Shown here: positions 26,876-35,085 of the stretch, piece after piece
Numbering within the stretch: position 1 is the first letter of the stretch
Layout: every line of letters begins with the position of its first letter
Virus record (IMG/VR): IMGVR_UViG_3300037875_000261
Reading direction: 5' to 3' (one strand)
Origin: a virus
Length of the DNA: 58,821 nucleotides
Position numbers and translations under genes: made by a program
The notes under the pieces: generated by a model
Database searches by the model: none
Seen by the model: only the letters and a program-made list of their open reading frames with translations
Told to the model about the DNA's origin: nothing

Positions 26876-29272
26876 CTATGCCTTCTTCTTCGCCGACTTG
26901 AGCGGCGTGAACTTGTGAACGCGGAACGCGCAGCGGCAGTTGACGACCTCGCCAGCGGGCGCGTTCTCGTCATGCGGATACCGCAGCCCGTTCGAGAACT
27001 TGCTCCCGAGCTTCACGCGGGTGCGGTGTACCTTGAGGTGGGAGTCGCGGGTCACGTTGTCCCCGACCGCGAGCCACTCGATCTCGCTCACGACCTCGCT
27101 CGCCTTCATCTGCGTGAAGCGCGCGCCGTTCTGGGCGATGCCCGTCTCGGTGCGAGCGATCGCGTTCGCGCGAGCCTCCTTCGTTCCGAACACTCGACGA
27201 AGATTCTCGGTGAGCTTCGGAAGAGATCGCTGCACCATCTCACTCAGCAGCATCTTCTTGCCGCCCGGAGACGAGAGGCCCTTGAGCAGATTCGATCGAA
27301 CCGTCTTCGCGAGCGTACCGGTCACGCCCTCGGTCAGCGCCACCTGATGCGACGCGAGGAAGTTGACGACCGACGGATCGGTGACGGTGACGAAGTTGCC
27401 GCCGATCGCCCCGAGGTCGCGGGCCGTCTGGCGCAGCGCCTCCTCGAACAGATCGCGAATCACCGCTCGCGTCTTGCGATCGAGGGACTCGGCCCACGTC
27501 TCCTCGTTGAGAAGTAATGCCTCGATGTCGTCTTCGGTCAGGTCCGACGCGAGGATGCGCTTCGTCAATGACAGCCCCGCGTTCTCGCTGTTCTTCGACT
27601 TCGACGCGATCTTGCGCAGCTTCGCGATCTGCGCCTTCTCGAACGCACCCAGCCACGAACTGATGCGCGCGCGCAGCTTCGGGTCGGGCTCTATCGAGAG
27701 CCCGTACGTCAACGCGTTGTCGTCGCCGTCGCCGAGGCGCAGTTGTGCGGACGTCCCGAAGTCCGTCGATGCCGCCAGCGCGGGAGCATGTCGCCCCGGA
27801 CCTTGAGCTTCAACGGCTTCGAGAACATCAAGGCTCGCGGAGATCAGCCGGGTGTCACCGCCCTCTGTAGTATCTTCAGCCTCGATGCCGAGTTCGGCTT
27901 TGGCTTCGTTGTAAGAGACTCCGACACCCTGCGCGGCGATATCCGCCGCGACCTTGAGCTTGTCGCTGCTGTCCTCTTGCAGCGCCTTGACGTTCGACGA
28001 GTCGAAGGTCGCGCGCAGCGTAACCGCTCGCAACTCTCCGAGCTGCGGCGACAGGCGACCGATGAACTTGTGCTGGACGATGTCGATCGTGAGGTCGGCG
28101 AACGCGAGGATCCCGTTCGGGCCGGTCCACATCTCGCGATGGGCCGTCTCGATGTTGTTGTACGTCGCGTCCGTGTACACGCCGATGACCGGAGGCGGCA
28201 CGCCCATCCCCGAGCAGATCGCGTCACGCGTCCACTCGAACATGCTCATGTACTCCATGTCCTTCGGCTTCGTCGTGTTCGGCACGAACTTCGCCTTGCG
28301 ATCGAGCAGCTTGTACCGACCGGCGTCGTCGCTGTTGAACTGTTCGTCGGCCTCGTCTTGTCGACGCTGAAGCTCACCCGACGTCAGGCGCTCGTCGAAG
28401 ATGATGAAGCCGCCGGGGTCGCCGCCGTTGCGCACCGAGCTGTCGAGGTAGCGCATCCCCTGGAAGTACAGGTCGACCTCGCGGAACAGCGCCTTCACGT
28501 CGCCGAGTCCGCGCACCGGGTTGTCGGGATCGTAGTCGCAGAAGTGAACGACCTCGGTGCGATGGAAGACCTCGCTGTACTGGATCGAGTTGCCCTTGCC
28601 GCCGAGCGGGAACCTGAACCACTCGGGCATGCCGAGCTTGTCGACTTTGTGCTCGACCTGATCGCCGCGCACGATCAGGATCTGATCGGGCATATCGGTG
28701 ATGACCATCTCGTCGCGGTTCGACGACACGGGCTCACCGTCGTCGTCCATCAGGAACCAGAACACGTCGCCGTCGAGCAGGAAGTTCGTCGCGTGCGCGC
28801 GCCAGAACTCCGCCTCGGTCTGCATCGGGTTCGGGTCCGCCAGCAGTTCGAGGATCGGGTGATCGTCGAGCGCCTCGATGTCCTTGTCGAGCGGGTCGCC
28901 TGGGAAGAGCTTGAATTCAAGCTGGCCGAACCCCGCGCGCTTCGCCTTCGCGCAGGCCCGGATCCAGACGTTCTCCTCGAACGGCTTCTCGGCCTTCTCC
29001 TTGTCGCCCAGCGAGTTGCGGATCGCGAAGCCGATGCCCGAGTCGAAGAACCCAGTCTCCCCGCCGTTCAGCATCGTCGTGTCGTATCGACCGGGGCCGT
29101 TCTTTCTGAACAGCGCGTTCCCGTCGTTGTCGAAGAAGCGGGGCGCGACGAGCCCCCCGCCGTTGCCGCCGCCAGCGTCGATCAGCTTCGCCTTGAGCCC
29201 ACCGGGGGCCGGTCCCCTCTTCGGGACGCTCGCACGGTTCCATCGCTTGCGATTGGTACTGACCACGAACAA
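26876..29272 (-). CDS. portal protein fused to a Mu F / SPP1 gp7-like head morphogenesis domain (798 aa)
   Basis: Portal signature ILELLADPNPMQTEAEFW...LLDGDVFWFL. The C-terminal part GDNVTRDSHLKVHRT...EVVNCRCAF is MuF-like. TTG or GTG start. Confidence 0.8.
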   Translation of the reverse strand: MFVVSTNRKRWNRASVPKRGPAPGGLKAKLIDAGGGNGGGLVAPRFFDNDGNALFRKNGPGRYDTTMLNGGETGFFDSGIGFAIRNSLGDKEKAEKPFEENVWIRACAKAKRAGFGQLEFKLFPGDPLDKDIEALDDHPILELLADPNPMQTEAEFWRAHATNFLLDGDVFWFLMDDDGEPVSSNRDEMVITDMPDQILIVRGDQVEHKVDKLGMPEWFRFPLGGKGNSIQYSEVFHRTEVVHFCDYDPDNPVRGLGDVKALFREVDLYFQGMRYLDSSVRNGGDPGGFIIFDERLTSGELQRRQDEADEQFNSDDAGRYKLLDRKAKFVPNTTKPKDMEYMSMFEWTRDAICSGMGVPPPVIGVYTDATYNNIETAHREMWTGPNGILAFADLTIDIVQHKFIGRLSPQLGELRAVTLRATFDSSNVKALQEDSSDKLKVAADIAAQGVGVSYNEAKAELGIEAEDTTEGGDTRLISASLDVLEAVEAQGPGRHAPALAASTDFGTSAQLRLGDGDDNALTYGLSIEPDPKLRARISSWLGAFEKAQIAKLRKIASKSKNSENAGLSLTKRILASDLTEDDIEALLLNEETWAESLDRKTRAVIRDLFEEALRQTARDLGAIGGNFVTVTDPSVVNFLASHQVALTEGVTGTLAKTVRSNLLKGLSSPGGKKMLLSEMVQRSLPKLTENLRRVFGTKEARANAIARTETGIAQNGARFTQMKASEVVSEIEWLAVGDNVTRDSHLKVHRTRVKLGSKFSNGLRYPHDENAPAGEVVNCRCAFRVHKFTPLKSAKKKA

Positions 29273-29329
29273 AAGTTAGAACGCGAACCAGTAGCGCGCA
29301 GCTTTTCGTCTACTCAGAAAGGGGTGCCC
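29273..29329. promoter_or_regulatory. divergent intergenic region between the portal gene and the plus-strand cassette
   Basis: It is visibly more A/T-rich: acaaaagttagaacgcgaaccagtagcgcgcagcttttcgtctactcagaaagggg. GAAC-N18-CGTC is ECF-promoter-like. No -35/-10 element was assigned with confidence. Confidence 0.3.
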
Positions 29330-29530
29330 TTGGATAGTCACAATCAGAGCAGCGCGGGCAGGCCGAGGCTCGACGACAGTAGCATCAGGGACAAGCTCAT
29401 TTCGATACGCTTGTCGTCCAGCGAACTCGCGCAACTCGCGCGGGTCGTGCCACCGAACAAGACCCTGTCGTCATGGATGCGTACGATGCTGCTGCGCATG
29501 GCGAACGACAACGAGGAAAGGGACCGATGA
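29330..29530 (+). CDS. ribbon-helix-helix (CopG/MobC-like) protein (66 aa)
   Basis: TTG start 6 nt after GAAAGGGG. GRPRLDD..ISIRLSSSELAQLARV...LSSWMRTMLL is a typical RHH pattern. The stop overlaps the next ATG (ATGA). Confidence 0.6.
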   Translation: MDSHNQSSAGRPRLDDSSIRDKLISIRLSSSELAQLARVVPPNKTLSSWMRTMLLRMANDNEERDR

Positions 29531-30075
29531 CATACGAAACGATCGCGGCTCAAGACACACTCAGCGAAACGCGCGACAAGCTGAACGGGTTCACGACACG
29601 CACCATCCTCCTGCCCATGCGACGCTACCAGTGGAGCGCGGGCGGCACGTCCATCGGCCAGTCGGGCGACGCCGTCGTCGAGTCGTTCACCCTCGGCGAC
29701 AAGTGCAACGGGCTCTTCATGTTTCCCGACGAGTTCGACGGCGCGGCGAACGCGACGATCAAGCTATACCTCGCGCCCGATACATCAGTCTCGGGCAAGC
29801 AGGTTTCGTTCGCCGTGGACGTCACCGCGATCAAGATCGGCAGCGCAGTCAACGTGGCAGAGGGAACGGTTCTGGTCACGGATCTCGTCGTGCCGAACAC
29901 CGCGCACGAACTCTTCGTCGCGACGATCACGATCGACGCCGGGACGTATCTGAAGACAGCCGACCCCGACTTCCTCGGGTTGCAGTTCTCGTTCGAGCGC
30001 ACCGCGCCGACGACCGCGCACAGCGGGGAGATATACACGCCCGCCGCGACCATCACCTACAGCATCGAGAGGTAG
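29527..30075 (+). CDS. beta-rich hypothetical protein (182 aa)
   Basis: Frame 29473..30075 trimmed to the ATG at 29527 after GGAAAGGGA. No family recognised. Confidence 0.55.
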   Translation: MTYETIAAQDTLSETRDKLNGFTTRTILLPMRRYQWSAGGTSIGQSGDAVVESFTLGDKCNGLFMFPDEFDGAANATIKLYLAPDTSVSGKQVSFAVDVTAIKIGSAVNVAEGTVLVTDLVVPNTAHELFVATITIDAGTYLKTADPDFLGLQFSFERTAPTTAHSGEIYTPAATITYSIER

Positions 30076-30079
30076 CGCC

Positions 30080-30592
30080 ATGAGAGCAGGCAGCGCATTC
30101 GCCCCGACGACCCTCGCCCTGTTCGCGTTCGCGACGATGGCGCTGCCGATGTCCGCGCCCGATCCGGCGCGGGATCACTTCTGGCAGCAACGCGGCACGC
30201 TCGTCGACGTCGTGAAAAGGCCGGGCCACGTTGCGGAGTACCGCCTCAGCTTCGGGCCGCAGCAGTCGTACGAGGGCAGCGGCGGCGGGCTCGGCTTCGA
30301 GCGTCGCGTGTTCGAGAACGGGCTGACGTACATCGACCACGGCGAGCCGCCGTTCCGTCAGTGGCGCGACGAGTTCACGCAAGACGAACTCGACGCGTGG
30401 TCGGACGCCGGGCACGTCATCCCGAGCTACACCGCACCGATGCGCGTGCTGCATCCCGAGACGTACGCGATCATCCTGACGCAGCACCGTCGCGTCGAGA
30501 ACGGCGACCGTGACTATCTGTTCGGCGGCGTGCAGATCGTGACGCGAACGCAGTACGAAGAGGCGTGCGAGTTCCTCGGGGTCGCGCCTTGA
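30080..30592 (+). CDS. secreted hypothetical protein (170 aa)
   Basis: N-terminal signal-like segment MRAGSAFAPTTLALFAFATMALPMSAP. Confidence 0.55.
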   Translation: MRAGSAFAPTTLALFAFATMALPMSAPDPARDHFWQQRGTLVDVVKRPGHVAEYRLSFGPQQSYEGSGGGLGFERRVFENGLTYIDHGEPPFRQWRDEFTQDELDAWSDAGHVIPSYTAPMRVLHPETYAIILTQHRRVENGDRDYLFGGVQIVTRTQYEEACEFLGVAP

Positions 30593-30720
30593 TCCGCGCG
30601 CCCGCCTCCGTCGTCGTCGAGCGCATCCGGCAGATCGTGCAGCTACGAGACGACGGGCAGATCACCGACGACGAAACCCTGCGCGCCATCATGCGCGTGC
30701 TCACGAAAGGACTGGAATGA
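30589..30720 (+). CDS. small coupled ORF (43 aa), not in the ORF track
   Basis: The TTG start overlaps the upstream TGA (TTGA) and its own stop overlaps the next ATG (ATGA). It reads LIRAPASVVVERIRQIVQLRDDGQITDDETLRAIMRVLTKGLE. Confidence 0.35.
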   Translation: MIRAPASVVVERIRQIVQLRDDGQITDDETLRAIMRVLTKGLE

Positions 30721-31409
30721 GAAAGCTACTCACGACGATCGTGCTCCTGATGCCGCTCGCATCCTGCAAGCTCAACGACATCGCGCGACCCGAAGACATC
30801 GCCGCAATCGAGCAGGCCGAGCAGGCGCGAGACGCCGCGCTCGTACTGCAAGACGAAGCCGAGGCCAGAGCGAAGGCGACCGCCGAGCGGTTGAAGGATG
30901 CCGTCGCGTCAGGCAACTCGCTCGCGTTCGACATGGAGCGCGTTCAGCTCATGGAGGAACTCGAACAGCTTGAGGCCGCGATCGCAGCAGCCGCCGCCGA
31001 GCAGGCGGATGTGCAAGCCGCGTTCACGACCGCGAAGGACAACGCGACCGTGCCGCTGCTCTCGGCGATCGCCCCGTTCGTGCCCGCACCACTCAAGCCG
31101 TTCATCCCCCTGACCTCGACGCTCGTCCTGCCGTTCCTGTTTCCGCGCGGACGCCAGAACATCAGGCGCGCGGTGAAGGGCGCGGCGAAGGGTAACGCCG
31201 CCGCCGTCATCCGTGGCGTGCTCGGATCCGTCGGCGCGATGCACACGGCGGGCTCGTCCGAGGATGTGCTCAAGGCGGCGGCTGCCGTACTCCGCAAGGA
31301 GAACGTCGAGAGCGGTGCGATGGAAGTTGAACTCGCAGACATCGCCGCGAGGATTCGCGACGGCAAGATCGACGCGGCTGCCGCAGCCGCCAAAGCGAAC
31401 GCTGCTTGA
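30717..31409 (+). CDS. lipoprotein with coiled-coil and internal hydrophobic segments (230 aa)
   Basis: Signal plus lipobox MRKLLTTIVLLMPLASC. Ala/Glu-rich helices. Hydrophobic segment PLLSAIAPFVPAPLKPFIPLTSTLVLPFLF. Confidence 0.65.
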   Translation: MRKLLTTIVLLMPLASCKLNDIARPEDIAAIEQAEQARDAALVLQDEAEARAKATAERLKDAVASGNSLAFDMERVQLMEELEQLEAAIAAAAAEQADVQAAFTTAKDNATVPLLSAIAPFVPAPLKPFIPLTSTLVLPFLFPRGRQNIRRAVKGAAKGNAAAVIRGVLGSVGAMHTAGSSEDVLKAAAAVLRKENVESGAMEVELADIAARIRDGKIDAAAAAAKANAA

Positions 31410-31528
31410 CGCGTCGACCCGAGGGAGGGCACACGGAGCGCGACCCGATACCGCCGCAACTCAGGATCCTGATCTGGATCATGCTCGGCGTGGTCGCGGT
31501 CCTCGCGCTCGTCGACCTCGCGAAGTAG
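31406..31528 (+). CDS. small membrane peptide (40 aa), not in the ORF track
   Basis: The TTG start overlaps the upstream TGA (TTGA). TM segment LRILIWIMLGVVAVLALV. The terminator follows. Confidence 0.35.
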   Translation: MTRRPEGGHTERDPIPPQLRILIWIMLGVVAVLALVDLAK

Positions 31529-31552
31529 AGCCCGACTTCTGCGCGGGCACGA

Positions 31553-31597
31553 AGAAGCCCCCGGCCCGGCACTCGCCGAGTCGGGGGCTTCTCTTTC
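31553..31597. terminator. bidirectional intrinsic terminator between convergent genes
   Basis: Perfect 10-bp stem gaagcccccg (31553-31562) / cgggggcttc (31581-31590), then tctttct on the plus strand. Confidence 0.6.
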
Positions 31598-32334
31598 TAT
31601 CCGGCAGTGCGCGCAGCCCAGCCTGTCGCCTTGCGTACGTCCCGCTGCGCCCTCGCGAGCAACTTCTCGACCCGCGACGCCTCCTGCTCGTAGCGCTCGA
31701 CACGCGCGCTCGCGCGGGCCAGCTTCTCGACCCATCGGTCGTGCGTCGACGTCGCCGCCTTCGATGCCGCGACGCGAGCCTTCGCCTTGCGCTTCGTCAC
31801 GCCGGGCGTCGCGCTGTCGCGCAGCTTGCGCATGTCGAGCTTCGGCCAGCCCTTCGCGAGCGCCTTGCGCATCAGGATGCGCATCGTCTGATGCGCCTTG
31901 TCGAACTCGGGGCCGTGCGGCTTCGTGCCGGGGCGCTGCTCGTTGTGGCCCATCTCATGCGCGAACGTGCGGAGCCCGTAGACCTTGAAGGTCGCGTCGC
32001 GCACGGGCTTCTTCCCCGCGAGGTACGCCTTGCCGATCGAGCCGAACTGCGGTCGAGTGATCCAGAGCTGCCGACGCCCGTATGTGCCGTACCCGAGGTT
32101 CCCGCTCTCGCGGGTCATCGGATAGATGCGGGACTCTCTGTCCATCGCCTTCGCGATCGCGCGACACACCGCAACCCCGACGCGTTGATCGTGCGTCAGT
32201 GCGACGTGTGTCCAATCGCGCATCACCGACAGCGACTCGTAGATGTAGCGACCATCTTCGTGACGACCGGCGTACGTCAGTCCTGTCTGATCCTTCTTGC
32301 GTTGCTTCACCGGGTAGGTAATTTTCGCAGTCAT
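31597..32334 (-). CDS. HExxH zinc-metallopeptidase-like protein (245 aa)
   Basis: Frame 31597..32406 trimmed to the ATG at 32334 (MTAKITYPV...). Motif FAHEMGHNE. Basic coiled-coil C-terminus. Leader CACCACCACTTTGACAACACGAAAGAAGAGAGACATG. Confidence 0.55.
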   Translation of the reverse strand: MTAKITYPVKQRKKDQTGLTYAGRHEDGRYIYESLSVMRDWTHVALTHDQRVGVAVCRAIAKAMDRESRIYPMTRESGNLGYGTYGRRQLWITRPQFGSIGKAYLAGKKPVRDATFKVYGLRTFAHEMGHNEQRPGTKPHGPEFDKAHQTMRILMRKALAKGWPKLDMRKLRDSATPGVTKRKAKARVAASKAATSTHDRWVEKLARASARVERYEQEASRVEKLLARAQRDVRKATGWAARTAG

Positions 32335-32404
32335 GTCTCTCTTCTTTCGTGTTGTCAAAGTGGTGGTGCGTCGGGCGAACCGTTTCGCCCGCGCCTCTGA
32401 ACCC

Positions 32405-32413
32405 ATTATAACA
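32405..32413 (-). promoter_or_regulatory. extended -10 promoter element TGTTATAAT
   Basis: The minus strand reads TGTTATAAT (TGnTATAAT consensus) inside the most A/T-rich stretch of the window, about 70 nt upstream of the ATG at 32334. Confidence 0.4.
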
Positions 32414-32559
32414 TTTGGGCACTTTTCACTTTTGCGGTTTGGGCTCGAACGGGAAGTTGCGACTCGCGGTTCGTCGAGTACGCGCCGAATGTAAGCGGTA
32501 AAGTTTTTTCAACTTTGTACGTCGGCGCGAATCGACGCGCACTCGCCGAACGACGAAGA

Positions 32560-32594
32560 GACGCCCCCGAGGTTTCGCGGTCCTCGGGGGCGTC
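32560..32594 (-). terminator. hairpin after the sigma-factor gene
   Basis: Perfect 13-bp stem gacgcccccgagg / cctcgggggcgtc with a 9-nt loop. The minus strand continues TCTTCGTCGTT. Confidence 0.55.
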
Positions 32595-32650
32595 TGGCGG
32601 CTTTCCTTCTGCGACGATCACTCCCAACCGCCGCCCGTCACACTCGGGAG

Positions 32651-33295
32651 TCACCGCAACGTGTGAGCGCCATCATCGACGTCAGCATAACCCAACCCGG
32701 CGCGCTTCGCATTCGCCCGCATCCCGTCCTTGGCCTTCTCGACTAACTGGCGTACGCGCTCGCGAGTCACGACGCCGATGCAGTCGTCGTGCTTGATCGA
32801 CTCCAGCGTGCGTCCCATCACGATGTGCTCGTACGCCGCGTGCCGATGTCGCGGCTTCACGCCGTAGAACAGGCGGTCGATCATGTCGCGGAACTCGACG
32901 CCGTACGTCGTGTCTTCGAGATCGGCGTCGGGCTGCGCGACCGTCGCGAAGAAGTCGTCGCCCTCGTCGTCGCCACGATCGGGCGACGACACGCGCGCGG
33001 TCGCGTGGAACTGGTTGCCGCCCGGTGTCCCCGCCGCGTGTCGAATGAAGTCCCACACGGCACCGCGCACCTGCCAGTACGCGCACGTCGTCCACGCACC
33101 GCGCGCCGGATCCCATCGGTCCTTCGCGGCGATCAGCCCGACGCGACCTGCTTGCAGGAGGTCGTCGCGATCGAAGCAGACCCGATAGCGTTCGTGCAGC
33201 GCCCACGCGAAGAACTGATGCACGACGCGCTTCACGATCCGGTCGTGGTCGATCACGTCGATGTCGTCGGGGCGCGCCGGTCGCTTCGTCTTCAC
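32651..33295 (-). CDS. sigma-70-family RNA polymerase sigma factor with regions 2 and 4 only (214 aa)
   Basis: Region 2 DDLLQAGRVGLIAAKDRWDPARGAWTTCAYWQVRGAVWDFIR. Region 4.2 IGVVTRERVRQLVEKAKDGMR. The GTG start overlaps the terminase stop (GTGA). Confidence 0.8.
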   Translation of the reverse strand: MKTKRPARPDDIDVIDHDRIVKRVVHQFFAWALHERYRVCFDRDDLLQAGRVGLIAAKDRWDPARGAWTTCAYWQVRGAVWDFIRHAAGTPGGNQFHATARVSSPDRGDDEGDDFFATVAQPDADLEDTTYGVEFRDMIDRLFYGVKPRHRHAAYEHIVMGRTLESIKHDDCIGVVTRERVRQLVEKAKDGMRANAKRAGLGYADVDDGAHTLR

Positions 33296-35085
33296 AACGA
33301 TCTCGAACCGGGCAGGTACTTGCCCGTGCGCCTGTTCTTCTTCCACTGGCGCTGGGGCTGCCCGTGCGTCGTCTGCGCGGGTGCGCCCATCGTCGCGAAC
33401 ATGCCGTCGCTGTCGACCTCGCGGCAGAGCAGCATGAACATATCCCAGTCGTCGGGGGACCGCTTGTACCTCGCGCGTATGTCCTCCTTCTTCTCGATCG
33501 TAACCAGCGGGCCGAGCGGACCCATGTCGCGCTTGAACTCCGCCCACGTCGCCTGCTCCCAGACGTCGTGCATCTCCTCGGGCACGCGGAAGTATCCCTC
33601 CTGCAATCCGCGACGGACGACCCAGTGCATCTCGCCGCGCTGGTTCTTGAAGTACACGCCAGCCGTCAGGTCGCTGTACGAGCCCGACGGTCCAGCGCCG
33701 AAGTTCACGTCGTCGATCAGCACGCCACGCGACGCGAGGATGTCGCCGACGCCCACGATGCCCGAGCAGTCGACCGACGTGCGCTGCCCAGGTATCGGTC
33801 GACCGTCCCAGCGATCGGGGAACAGCTCCCCGAGTTCCTTGCCCCATCGAACGAGGCACGACGCGATCCACGTCGCGATCGTCACCTGCATCTCGCGGTC
33901 CTCCCTGTCAGCGCGGAACTCCTCCTTCGCGAGAAGCGTGCCGTCCCATCCGACGCCGCCGACACTCGGGTCGCCCGTCTCGCCGATGTCGAACGCCGCG
34001 CGCGGACCTCGCGGCCCCTCGGGATGGTTGCGGGTGATGAGCGCGGCTTCGAGGAACGCGCGCGGGCAGACCTTGTTCCTGCCGTCGCCGCGTCCGAACT
34101 GCCCGAGGTAGTCCGACAGGAACAGCGGGTCGGTCGGGTCGTACTTCTTCAGCGCGGCCTTGCGCGCTTCGAGCGACGTGATGTAGTACGGGATGTCGTC
34201 GAAGACCTCGTCGGCGGGGACCGGGTCGGGGAACATCTCCTCGGGGAACAGCGACAGCTTGATCGAGTGCCACTCGCTCCCCGGCTTGCACGCTCGAACG
34301 CTCCAGTGATCCTCGTCCATGCCCCTGAACGGGTTCATCACGGCGAGCACCTTGACGTTGCTCTTCGCGATCATGCCTTCGAGCATGCGCATAGATTCGT
34401 CGGGCACGCTCTCGGCCTCCTCGATCACAAGGAACAGCTCGCGGTCGCCCTTCACGTTGTCCATCGCCTCGATCCATTCGAGGTCTTCTTCGCTGAAGTC
34501 TTCGGCGTCCGCGTCACCGGGTACGACGAGCCCGCCGTGTCGACCCTTCATGAACTTCGGATTGTTCGACGCGATGCTGACGATCTTGTGCTCGTCGTCG
34601 AGACGCAGCGCGCGCATCGTGATCGTGTCCTTCCCCGTGACGCCTTGCAGGTGCGTGCTATCGGCTGCACCGCGCAACGTCCTCCAAGTCTCCGCGAGCG
34701 TGATGTCGCGCACCTGATCGAGCGTCGGGGCCGTGACGAGGATCGTCGACGGGCGCGTGTAGAAGAACGTCGGGATCGCGACAGCTCCCGCCGCGTGCGA
34801 CTTCGACGTACCGCGCGCACCGCGAACGATCGTGAGCTTGTTCGCGAAGACGCTGTTGATGATCGCGCGCTCGCCTTCCCATAGCGTGATGTTGCCCGTG
34901 CGCGCGTGCTTGTGCCCGAGATGCTCCTTCGCGAACTCAAGCTCGCGGCCCTGGTATTCCGTGTACCAGATCCGCTCGGGGTCTTCAGTCCTCCGCGCCG
35001 GTTCCAGCAGCTTCGGTATCCGCGAGCGTAAGGCGTCCCCCCATGCACTCTCGATCAATCTCGACGATCCCGCGCTCTGCGTCAT
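33292..35085 (-). CDS. terL: terminase large subunit (597 aa)
   Basis: Walker A-like GARGTSKS, Walker B-like LFLVIEEAE, and a C-terminal nuclease-sized domain. Position lies upstream of the portal block. Confidence 0.8.
   Translation of the reverse strand: MTQSAGSSRLIESAWGDALRSRIPKLLEPARRTEDPERIWYTEYQGRELEFAKEHLGHKHARTGNITLWEGERAIINSVFANKLTIVRGARGTSKSHAAGAVAIPTFFYTRPSTILVTAPTLDQVRDITLAETWRTLRGAADSTHLQGVTGKDTITMRALRLDDEHKIVSIASNNPKFMKGRHGGLVVPGDADAEDFSEEDLEWIEAMDNVKGDRELFLVIEEAESVPDESMRMLEGMIAKSNVKVLAVMNPFRGMDEDHWSVRACKPGSEWHSIKLSLFPEEMFPDPVPADEVFDDIPYYITSLEARKAALKKYDPTDPLFLSDYLGQFGRGDGRNKVCPRAFLEAALITRNHPEGPRGPRAAFDIGETGDPSVGGVGWDGTLLAKEEFRADREDREMQVTIATWIASCLVRWGKELGELFPDRWDGRPIPGQRTSVDCSGIVGVGDILASRGVLIDDVNFGAGPSGSYSDLTAGVYFKNQRGEMHWVVRRGLQEGYFRVPEEMHDVWEQATWAEFKRDMGPLGPLVTIEKKEDIRARYKRSPDDWDMFMLLCREVDSDGMFATMGAPAQTTHGQPQRQWKKNRRTGKYLPGSRSL

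Noticed and set aside
29299-29328. The shared 8-mer GTAGCGCG between the cassette promoter region and the 30-nt boxes as a common sigma-factor promoter element
   Set aside because: An 8-mer of this composition could recur by chance in a GC-rich genome of this size. The spacing to other elements differs. It is mentioned only as a lead.
32440-32470. GTTCGAGCC string (T-loop-like) on the minus strand in the A/T-rich island
   Set aside because: The flanking bases cannot form a T-stem or the rest of a cloverleaf.
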